From Thermodesulfobacteriota bacterium (GTDB lineage: Bacteria > Desulfobacterota_D > UBA1144 > Nemesobacterales > JAJCZQ01): DNA of 64,000 nucleotides. Below, one piece after another: positions 19,101 to 27,252 of this stretch. A model generated the notes under the pieces. It ran no database searches. It had not been told where the DNA came from and was given only the letters and a program-made list of their open reading frames with translations. How positions within the stretch are numbered: the first letter of the stretch is position 1; every line of letters starts with the position of its first letter. Made by a program: the position numbers and the translations under genes. The stretch is taken from the NCBI GenBank assembly GCA_965215275.1, contig OZ244044.1, positions 544,001-608,000 of the forward strand. The letters run 5' to 3'.

Positions 19101-19534
19101 ATGTGCTTAGGTTCGGCATTCCGCTTCAGTTTAGTGTCCAGGACCTCATAGCTGAAATTACCCAAGCCGGACGGCGTATCGCACTTGATCAGAAAGTCTG
19201 CATCACCCCGCCACGGTGCAGCAAATAACACGGCCTGATATATCACGTCCGTGCCGGATTTCATGGCATTAAGCGTCAGTTCTGCCCGGTCCTTCAGTTC
19301 CCCGTCTTTGGGAATTTCAGCAACGGTCTTGCCTTCATCCTTCAGGAGCTGGAGGTAGGAATCCTCATGCTCCAAGCCTTTCTTCTGTATCAACTGGTTC
19401 GTTGGACTGTCCTCGGTGGTTGCTATATCCTCGTTCAGTGCCTTCACATGAAGAAAACTCGCATGGTGGCACCCTAAAAAGGTGACCAAGTCCGAAGGTG
19501 AATAGAGTATCTGTCCGTTACTGTCTTGCCGCAT
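16172..19534 (-). CDS. TM0106-family RecB-like nuclease fused to an RNase H-like domain and a DNA2/NAM7-type SF1 helicase
   Basis: YSPSDL...DFL...EVLDTKL...QL..Y nuclease; CSHCKFCQWQDRC Cys cluster; FFDMEGDP; GPPGAGKT, DEAGQ, TVDKFQGQE, RLNVAISRA. Confidence 0.92.
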   Translation of the reverse strand: MRQDSNGQILYSPSDLVTFLGCHHASFLHVKALNEDIATTEDSPTNQLIQKKGLEHEDSYLQLLKDEGKTVAEIPKDGELKDRAELTLNAMKSGTDVIYQAVLFAAPWRGDADFLIKCDTPSGLGNFSYEVLDTKLKRNAEPKHIMQLCVYSELLTTLQELHPVNMHLFLGNNEKHSFRVDDFRYYYARAKDRFENYIKNLPADSYPEPCSHCKFCQWQDRCKAQWEEDDHLSLVANIRRSQMDKLRKADVRTVADLASTAEDTKIPDLNRDGFSRLRSQAVLQHHKKTTGENKYEVIKVVLPGKGFDRIPVQDNGDLFFDMEGDPLYPNGLEYLFGVYYLKNGTGVFKPFWAHDHKEEKKTFERFMAFLENHLTKHPNAHIYHYNHYETTALKRLACRYAVREEQMDNLLRYHKFIDLYAVVRESIRTSEPGYSLKNLETFYMNERDDAVKTAAESIVVYNKWRETGNDELLQEIVEYNEKDCVSTHLLRNWLLTLKTVGTQRSKKDLTEDAGEEKPVERKPWEIQYEDYQNHLGMTGENPPPINEKLAHLLEFHRREAKPQWWSRFDRQNKPEDELIDDIECLAGLKQVGGPEHEKRSLVYTYSFPPQEYKLKVNSNVDNVAVMAPAGVIVEIDDSDCIVKIKRGNGRDPLPESLSIGPHAPIDANDLRSAIYRYADHVLKSPGKVHLATELLNREVPRIKGKQSDKAIITSNDLQGDALKAIAALENSYIFIQGPPGAGKTYTSSHIIVDLIKRGKKIGIASNSHKAIHNILRKVEDVATEKSVRFRGIKKATINNNETVFEGKFICSETSTGDMDLNADLFAGTAWTFAKLHFDGKLDYLFIDEAGQVSTANVVAMSSATKNVILVGDQMQLGQPIQGTHPGEAGLSVLEFLLCGRSTIKDERGIFLGQTWRMRPSICKFISKAFYDGRLTAHESTAKRSISLQGIDLPDEGIVVIPADHKGCSQKSVEEGEIIKVRYQGLLGQSFTGLDGITRPITEDDILVVTPYNIQVNYLRSVLPENARVGTVDKFQGQEAPVVLVSMVTSSAEDLPRNIEFLYSKNRLNVAISRAQCLAIVVLNPQLLEILCNTVEQMKLVNTFCWLYDYAAGNTCGEQTD

Positions 19535-19668
19535 ATTTTTTTACAAAAACGCCATTGCTGTATTTTTTATGGTTGAAGCACAAAGCATTCCATAATACTT
19601 TAATTTTAACAGCAATCAAATTACAGACGTTTTGTCAAGATGGCTAATATTCTGAAAAAGATGGCGGC

Positions 19669-19950
19669 ATGAGCAAAAAAATCGCAAAGCCTGACTATAC
19701 AAGACGAAACCACCGAATTTCTTCTCTACACGGCTCCGGAGGGAGGAATAAAAGTTGAGGTTATTCTGAACAGCGAGACTATCTGGTTAACCCAGCAGCG
19801 TATGTCCGATTTGTTTGGAGTAAGTCGCACAAGTATTGGAAGGCATCTAAAAAATATCTTTGCAGCAGGAAAATTAGACGAAGACGTGGTATGTGCAGAA
19901 ATTGCACATACCACTAAGCACGGTGCAATTCCGGGCAAAACTCAAAAAAG
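19669..19950 (+). pseudogene. RhuM-family N-terminal remnant (frameshift at A7, truncated)
   Basis: Removing one A gives MSKKSQSLTIQDETTEFLLYTAPEGGIKVEVILNSETIWLTQQRMSDLFGVSRTSIGRHLKNIF..., a typical RhuM N-terminus; similarity stops after GAIPGKTQ. Confidence 0.8.
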
Positions 19951-19965
19951 ATTGGGTGCGATTTA

Positions 19966-20006
19966 TACCTTGCAATTTGCTCTGACTTGGTGCAAAATGC
20001 AAGGTA
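19966..20006. promoter_or_regulatory. Inverted repeat at the ATPase start, putative autoregulatory operator
   Basis: TACCTTGCAATTTGC-n11-GCAAAATGCAAGGTA, 14 of 15 positions complementary. Confidence 0.6.
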
Positions 20007-21181
20007 TGTTAAAAAGATGGATTACAAACAGGCTTCAGAGAAATATCGCACGGAATCCGGCCGTGGTACTTCTTGGTGCACGTCAAGTAGGTAAAACGAC
20101 GCTTGCTCAACATATATCTGAAAGCATGAACTCAATATACCTCGATCTGGAAGCTCAGGAAGATCTATTAAAGCTCAGTGACCCCACCAGTTTTTTAAAA
20201 AGTCATAGTGACAAACTTATAATACTTGACGAAATACAGCGTGCACCTGATCTGTTCATGGTTCTACGCGGACTGATCGATAAGAACCGTCAGCAGGGCC
20301 GCAATGCTGCACAGTTTCTTCTGCTAGGTTCAGCATCAATGGATTTGCTACGGCAATCCTCGGAAAGCCTTGCAGGTCGAATCAGTTACATCGAAATGAC
20401 CGGTCTTAATGTACTTGAGATTGGTAAGGAAAAACAAAACATCCAGAGCGTATGGCTGCGCGGAGGATTTCCTATAAGCTATCTCGCACAAGACGATGAT
20501 ATGGCCATGGAATGGCTCGAAAACCTTATACGAACTTATCTGGAACGGGATGTTCCACAAATGGGTTTTAACGTCTCAGCCAGCAAGTTACGTCGTCTCT
20601 GGACAATGCTAGCGCACCTGCAAGGTGAAACGGTTAATGTGAGTAAGCTGGCTGCAAACCTTGAAGTGGGACGTTCAGCCATAAACCATTACATAGATAT
20701 CCTTACCAACCTGTTACTGGTCCGGCGCATTGAACCGTGGCACGCCAACATCAAAAAGAGACTGGTGAGATCACCGCGATATTATGTACGTGATAGCGGC
20801 ATCCTGCACCGCTTGCTGGGTATTGGAAATTACGATGCGTTGCTGTCCAATCCCATACTTGGCAAAAGCTGGGAAGGGTTTGTCGTCGAGAACATCCATT
20901 CTGTACTGCCACCACTTGCCGAAACATATTTCTACCGTACATCAGCTGGAGCAGAAATCGATCTGGTCATCAAAATGCCAAATGCGGAAGTATGGGCTGT
21001 GGAAATTAAGCACGGCGTTGCTCCCAAGCTAGGCAAACATTACAGCCAGACGTGCAACGACGTCGGTGCCACGCATAAATACATCGTCTATGGTGGTGAT
21101 GATGTATTTACTGTCGGAGATAGCATTACAGTTATTTCCCTGCCAAAGATCATGGAAAAGCTTATTTTCTGCCAGTCATGA
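20006..21181 (+). CDS. AAA+ ATPase (AAA_14 plus DUF4143 with C-terminal PD-(D/E)XK-like domain)
   Basis: GARQVGKT, ILDEIQ, LGSAS, ESLAGR, GGFP, YRTSAGAEIDL...VEIK; the ORF track extends it to 19802 through the RhuM remnant. Confidence 0.92.
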   Translation: MLKRWITNRLQRNIARNPAVVLLGARQVGKTTLAQHISESMNSIYLDLEAQEDLLKLSDPTSFLKSHSDKLIILDEIQRAPDLFMVLRGLIDKNRQQGRNAAQFLLLGSASMDLLRQSSESLAGRISYIEMTGLNVLEIGKEKQNIQSVWLRGGFPISYLAQDDDMAMEWLENLIRTYLERDVPQMGFNVSASKLRRLWTMLAHLQGETVNVSKLAANLEVGRSAINHYIDILTNLLLVRRIEPWHANIKKRLVRSPRYYVRDSGILHRLLGIGNYDALLSNPILGKSWEGFVVENIHSVLPPLAETYFYRTSAGAEIDLVIKMPNAEVWAVEIKHGVAPKLGKHYSQTCNDVGATHKYIVYGGDDVFTVGDSITVISLPKIMEKLIFCQS

Positions 21182-21340
21182 TGCATTTGAAACATTCAGC
21201 GAGGAACAATTTTTGCCAATGCTATATTCCATATGGACTAGTTGTTTTTAGTTTGTCGGGAATCTCCACCTAACTGGAATAGTTTTTTCACTCTTGTAAA
21301 TTTATAATATCTATGCTAAAAAACTATTTGGAGACTAACT

Positions 21341-24225
21341 ATGGATGAGTCGGCTAAAACAGGGGAACAACTGTTTCGAGAAGTTATAAAAGTCAACAAC
21401 GAATCTGATATTCAAACCCGATTATATACTATTTTGTCTCATATTACGGGACAAGAGTGGTTAACAGAACATAATTATGGTACTGGACCCATTGATTTGC
21501 TCTGTCCTGCTTGGGGGATCGTTATTGAATGCAAGAAACGCGGTTCCGTTGATCCTAATCTTCCAGGACACAAAGGGAATGAGACTCAAAAAGGTCAACT
21601 TGAAAGATATTTATCAGATGTGGAAAAACCTTTATATAAATATCAGTTGGTGGGTTTTTTAACAGATGGTATCTCTTGGTGGGGATATAATTGGAGCGAT
21701 TATGAAAGAAAAGCTATCCCACTTATCAATTATCCATCTCGAAAAGATATAAATAGCTATGATGAACTCAAGGATTTTATGGAAAATATCCCTGAGTTAA
21801 AACAAAATAAATCGTCTGGTTACAAGGTTAAACCCCCTGAAAATCTTGGTGAGTTACTGTTCGACCCATTGACTAAAAAAATAACAGACATTCAAAGAAA
21901 AATGGAACAAAAAAAGGAATTCAAGACAAAGTTGATTCTCTGGGAAAATGTCTTAAAGGGTTCAGGAATTACTCCACCAGGCACACTGAAAAAATACGAA
22001 GTATTCGGATTGCACAGTCTTTTAGTTATTACTTCACGCTTACTGATTGGAATATTGAACAATGAAAATGATGTAGAAAACTTGCTTACAACCAGTGGCG
22101 ATGGTTTTCAGGGATGGCTGTTGGAAACGCATGAAGGCGAAAAATTAATAAAAGAAAAACTGTATAAGGAATTATTAAAATATGATTGGCAGGGTGTTAC
22201 AAAAGATATATTAAAAGCAGTTTATCATTCACTTATAGATAAAGAACATCGTAAAGAGTTTGGAGAATACTATACACCTGATAACTTGGCAGAAATAGTA
22301 GTGGAGGAAGTATTAGATGATGACTGGTGCGATAATGCTATAAAACGAGTAGCAGATATACTTGATAATCCAAAAGAGGCAGATTCATCCCATCTGGGCA
22401 TGCTTGATCCTTCTTGTGGTTCAGGAACATTTCTCTTTCATGCAGCACAACGTATCTATAATAGAATTAGGGAAAAACATAGACACGAATTCCATAGAGC
22501 AGCTGAAATTACAGCAAGGCTTGTACACGGAATTGACATACATCCAGTAGCCGTGGAAATGGCTAAAGCTACTTTGTCTATGGCACTTCCAAATTCAAGG
22601 GATTTACATTTACGGGTAATACTGGCTGATGCTATGCAATCAGAAGAAGTTGGAGCATTGCCACTCGACATTACCATAGACCCATTTGGTAAAAAGGGGT
22701 TTATTTTCCCCCGTGCAATCATTACACATAAGAAGGCAAATCAAATTATAGAATGTGTTGTATCTGCAGCAGTAAGAGAAGACGAAAAAAAACTAGAACA
22801 AGTCAGCTCTTTTGTTGAAGAATCATTAATTAAAAAGTTATATGGTAATCTGGTTGATTTAATCAGAAATGAGGGTAATCACGTATGGAACTGGTATTTA
22901 TTGAATATAATAGCAAGTGCCAATTTGAATCGGTATGGAGTGGACCGTATAGTGGGTAATCCCCCTTGGCTGGTAGCAAATGATACTCCAGAGGGACAAA
23001 GAAAAGCTAAAATAGACCGCCTACGTAAAGAAGAAAGTGTTAAACCAAAATTCAACAGTTCTGCAAAAGGAGACCTCGCAAGTGTGTTCACGGCACGAGT
23101 AACAGGACTGTATGCTTCAAAGGAAGGAACTCGTTATGGATGGATATTACCTGGGTCAGCTATTATTGGTCAAACTTGGAATAAGTGGCAAGAAGGGATA
23201 TGGGGACATGCTAAAGTAAAACACGAGTTTGCATGGAGCTTAGATAAAATTGAACCTCCTGTTTTTCCGCATTCTCCAAATGGAACCTGTGTTTTTATTG
23301 GACAAACCACTTCTCCCCCCCCCCCCCACAAAAAACTATTGTGCAGATATGGGAAGGTACTCTAGATGCTCCAACCATCTCTGAAAAATTCGTCAGAGAA
23401 TCAAAAAAGTCTTATTATCTTGATAAATTTCGAAGAGGGGCAATGTCATCTCCTTATGCCCTTTTAATAATAATAAATTCGGAAGAAAAAAAGAACGGTC
23501 TTGTAAATGTTCAGTTCAACATAGGAACCAAGACCCCTTGGAAAGGTTTAAATATGACAGCAACCGTAGAGAAAGATGCTTTATTATCTATTGTACGCAG
23601 TCAAGAACTCAAGGCTTTTAAGACAGAAACTAATAAGACTTTCTTTTTAGCACCTTTAGAAAAAGGTAAATTACTTTCTCCAGACAGGCAAAAATATAAA
23701 GATAACTATCCAAAAACATTAGATTATTGGAAACGGGCAGATAAGATATATAGATGTCATCGCTCCAGTAAAGCAGGAGAAACCCTGTTTGATAATCTGG
23801 ATTGGAAAGGGACTTTATCAACACAACTTGAACCTGCGAAAAAGGAACGTAAGTTCAAAGTTATATATAACAAATCAGGAAATATCCTACAAGGGGCAAT
23901 TGTTTCAGGGAAACAAGTTGTCCATGAATCAGCTTATTATCTTGTAACTGATTATATGGAGGAAGCTCTATATCTTTGTGGAATTATAAACGCACCTGTT
24001 ATGCAGGATGTCTGGCAAGAGAGTAAAACATCAAAGATAGCTTTTGATAAAAGTCCTTGGAGGCATGTTCCTGTTCCCAGATATAAGCCAAATAATAAAG
24101 AACATAAGGCAATCGTCAGTGCGGCAAAAGAAGTAGAGCAAGCACAAAATCCATCCGACAAACTGGATATATTGAACGAACCGGTTCAAACACTGTTACA
24201 AGATTTTCTTTTCAACAGCCCATAA
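21341..24225 (+). pseudogene. Type IIG-like restriction-modification enzyme (REase, N6-adenine MTase, TRD), out of frame at a C13 tract (23315-23327)
   Basis: PIDLL...IECKK nuclease, GEYYTP, LDPSCGSGTF, GNPPW; ORFs 21341..23365 and 23341..24225 fuse to ~961 aa with C14 (or with C11). Confidence 0.88.
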
Positions 24226-24582
24226 TTAGCGTTTTATATAGCAGGGTTTTATTGCTCATATACAACACCATATTATGCATCTGGACAATATTGAAAATAT
24301 AATAATGGGCAGAAAGAGATAACAACAGCAATAAACCTAATCCGTGTTGTAAGATAAACCATTTATTAGAAAGTTAAGAATTAAAGGAAATTATAATATT
24401 TTGTCAATTTTCCTTAATAATTTCCCCAAAATTACTTGCAGGAAATGTTTTAGCTTAACAGATGATATCATATCTTCTTCCGTGAAGCAGAAAAATGCTA
24501 TAAGAATCACTTCATTATAAGAGTTGCAGATAATGTTTTAAGGCAATTGTCGGGAGACCATAAAAACAGCCTCCCGAACTGA

Positions 24583-24978
24583 TCAATAAAAAATATGGAC
24601 CGCAATAAAGGCAAAAAAGAATCCCGCTATATATAAAAATCCAGCAACGCCTAAAATAATCCAGTTGACCTTACGCAGTCGACTGCACATTTTGGCTTTT
24701 GAGGGATTAACTGGACAAGGTGCATGACGTGCTCGCCACTGCATAAACGCTGCCAGCACTATAAGCACGCCTGACACTGCAAAAACCACACCTTTATAAT
24801 CAGATATAGCAGTGATCCATGGTGCAGCACCGACCAGTCCAGCCAGAACCGACCCCATGCTGAGCGTCACCAGCAAAGCAGGCAACGCACAGCAGAGCAG
24901 CGTTCCAACGGAAGTGAAAAGGCTCAGTGACGGCAGAACCGTCTGCTGCCACAGGTAAGACCCATTATTATTCCCCAT
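24583..24978 (-). CDS. MerT/MerC-like heavy-metal transport membrane protein
   Basis: TLLCCALPALLV Cys pair in TM1, three TM helices, CPV...C loop. Confidence 0.8.
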   Translation of the reverse strand: MGNNNGSYLWQQTVLPSLSLFTSVGTLLCCALPALLVTLSMGSVLAGLVGAAPWITAISDYKGVVFAVSGVLIVLAAFMQWRARHAPCPVNPSKAKMCSRLRKVNWIILGVAGFLYIAGFFFAFIAVHIFY

Positions 24979-25264
24979 ACCTGATCTCCCGTACATTGTA
25001 GCCAGAATCAGTGATCAGCCGTGTGATAGTCCCATCGTCCAGTTTCTGACCTTCATTAAAGTGAATTGTGATGACCTTTTCATTCAGATCAACCTCGATG
25101 GATTCCACAGCTTCCTGCTTTCCAAAGACTTTTTCTAAAGCACGAGCACAGAAATCGCATACCATACCGTTCACATCGGCATAAACTGTACCACCGGGGT
25201 GAGCAGCAAAAGCTGGAACAGATAAAGAGATCAAAAGAACAGTTGTTAAGAATATTTTTTTCAT
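24968..25264 (-). CDS. Periplasmic heavy-metal-associated (HMA, MerP/CopZ-like) protein
   Basis: Signal peptide (AFA) plus GMVCDFC metal-binding motif. Confidence 0.9.
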   Translation of the reverse strand: MKKIFLTTVLLISLSVPAFAAHPGGTVYADVNGMVCDFCARALEKVFGKQEAVESIEVDLNEKVITIHFNEGQKLDDGTITRLITDSGYNVREIRYGE

Positions 25265-25278
25265 GATCGGTTGCCTCC

Positions 25279-25923
25279 TTAATATCTAAAAACGTAATTG
25301 AATAAAACTTCGCCACGATTGTTCACGCCAGCCTCTATCAGGTGAACATACTTGAAAAAGCGAACAAGCGGCGTAACGGTAAAGTCGTCGTCCGCCTCGG
25401 GCACATGCTTGACCTGCAGCATAAACCACGTATGAAGGTCGTCATAATCCCCTTTATAAGGAGCCCAGCCGACACGAGCGGATTGCTGAAAAAAATCATC
25501 GATCTTGCCAGCCTCGGTGTAGCGATTTTCATACGATACGAAATAACGACGGTTTTCCCAGTCAGCGGCAATTCCCGCAAAGCCCGCGGCACTGGTCTCT
25601 CCGTCAAATTCACCAGCATAACTGTAAGCCACACCAACGCCAGACTTGAGGTAAAGACTGGCCTGCGAATCCGGGTTGTTCCATCGCTTGAGGAGGTTAT
25701 TCATCTGAACGGCATTTAAAGTAAACTCCTTGTCCCTCCAGTATTCAAACCTATAACCCAGTGATGTCCTTACAGTGGGTGAGTAATGAACGTGGGCACT
25801 GTTTCTGTACCCGTCATTCATTAACATCAACGTCCAGCCGCCCGGATATGACACCGGTCGTGCCTGAACAATACTTGGGATAATCAGCCCCATCCCAAGA
25901 AGGGCATATAATAGAAATCGCAT
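25279..25923 (-). CDS. Exported hypothetical protein, probable outer-membrane beta-barrel
   Basis: Signal peptide, RPVSYPGG start, alternating aromatic beta-strands, C-terminal NYVFRY. Confidence 0.7.
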   Translation of the reverse strand: MRFLLYALLGMGLIIPSIVQARPVSYPGGWTLMLMNDGYRNSAHVHYSPTVRTSLGYRFEYWRDKEFTLNAVQMNNLLKRWNNPDSQASLYLKSGVGVAYSYAGEFDGETSAAGFAGIAADWENRRYFVSYENRYTEAGKIDDFFQQSARVGWAPYKGDYDDLHTWFMLQVKHVPEADDDFTVTPLVRFFKYVHLIEAGVNNRGEVLFNYVFRY

Positions 25924-25986
25924 ATTGTTCTCCTGCTTTGCGATTAAAGTTAGCGCCGAAAAAATCGCAGCTTATGTAAGCAAAAA

Positions 25987-26346
25987 TCAGGAGATGTGTT
26001 TTGGAGGGGGTTTTGGTGGTATATGGATCAGAGATGCCAGTACGTCACTATCAATTGAAAAGGACCGTTTGATCACCAAGGGAAGACTTATGCCTTCGCT
26101 TGGTTTCATAAAAAGAGAAGGGCTGGAGGAAATATGGGCACAGAAACATATTCCTTCGCAGTGCATGTTATCAGATTGCTGCTTCTCTTCAGTTTGGTGG
26201 CATGGGAAATTATCATCCATTGAAACTTCTTTGCTCACCGAGGATGAACTGTTCATATCGTGCATGCATGGCTTATACCACGCAGACACGATGCTTGTGT
26301 TTGCAAGGAATAAGACTAACGATACAAAAACAAATACTTTCCTCAT
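25987..26346 (-). CDS. Small exported Cys/His/Met-rich metal-binding protein (DUF2946/CopL-like)
   Basis: Signal peptide, PCMH/PCH/HCEGICFC and C-terminal PPKPPP. Confidence 0.6.
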   Translation of the reverse strand: MRKVFVFVSLVLFLANTSIVSAWYKPCMHDMNSSSSVSKEVSMDDNFPCHQTEEKQQSDNMHCEGICFCAHISSSPSLFMKPSEGISLPLVIKRSFSIDSDVLASLIHIPPKPPPKHIS

Positions 26347-26380
26347 AACATTATTATAAACATATTAGTTTGAAAAATCA

Positions 26381-26632
26381 CTAACCATCGGAATCTTTAT
26401 TGTGATCTGGGTTTCTGCCTTGATTCTTGCGGTAGGTAGCAAGCCGTTCAGCCTCTTTTTTCTTGGCTCCGTCTTTAGTCATCCGTCTTGATGTAACTTT
26501 CATGTGACCGAAATTCTTACCCTCTTTCCGATGCTGTCGCTCGCGTCTGTCTGGGTCATTGGTTGTGCCAACATAAAGAACCTTATTCCCTTGCTTTAAT
26601 TCATAAGTAAACGTATCTCGTTTTTTCGCCAT
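26381..26632 (-). CDS. Small GIY-YIG nuclease family protein
   Basis: FTYELK...LYVGTTNDPDRRERQH...E; SD GGGAGA. Confidence 0.8.
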   Translation of the reverse strand: MAKKRDTFTYELKQGNKVLYVGTTNDPDRRERQHRKEGKNFGHMKVTSRRMTKDGAKKKEAERLATYRKNQGRNPDHNKDSDG

Positions 26633-26984
26633 CACAAAATTCTCCCAAATACGGTAATCATAACCTTGCAGGAGATAGGGACATCAAAGCCAAATCTCAA
26701 TCTCCACTTGTCAGTGAAAAAAACGAATAAAATGGCATAATCTTGATCTTCCTGATATTTGATTACAAAATTTTTATCATATCAACATATAATTATGGAA
26801 CCTATAGGAATTATATATAATGTTACTCAAAATTTGATTTCTATAATAAGATAAAATATTATACAATGACAAGAGGTTAAAATATAAGAAATTAAAAAGA
26901 TGAACAACCCTTCCACCCCCCCCCATCAACCCGGTATAATATAACAAAACACAGCTGGGGCACTGACTCATGCCCTTTAATAAG

Positions 26985-27252
26985 TAGCCGCCAGACGACC
27001 CCAGAAGTCGCTCCATTTTTCTTGGTAGATAATGACTTTCGCTGGCGTGTATGTGAGTACGACTGCAATCTTTCCTATTTTACTGACTTTGTTATCAACC
27101 GGGTATCCGAAGACCATAGTTTCAATGACCCGGAATACCATCTCTGGTTTAAGGTCCTCCAAGATCTCCGCAGCATAGAAAACCTGGTTATTGCTCCGGG
27201 CAGCAGCACGGACGAACAGGAACGACCAAAGGAGACCTATGCTCAAATTTGA
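26985..27252 (+). pseudogene. Decayed, internally deleted WYL-domain (BrxR/CapW-like) regulator
   Basis: PFFLVDNDFRWRVCEYD...FTDFVINRV joined to SEDHSFNDPEYHLWFK...ENLVIAPG, resembling the WYL core and extreme C-terminus of BrxR-like proteins; no HTH. Confidence 0.65.

Noticed and set aside
21253..24555. 9-bp direct repeat TTGTCGGGA flanking the R-M gene as a target-site duplication
   Set aside because: A 9-mer match between two intergenic regions of this size is plausible by chance; no terminal repeats or transposase
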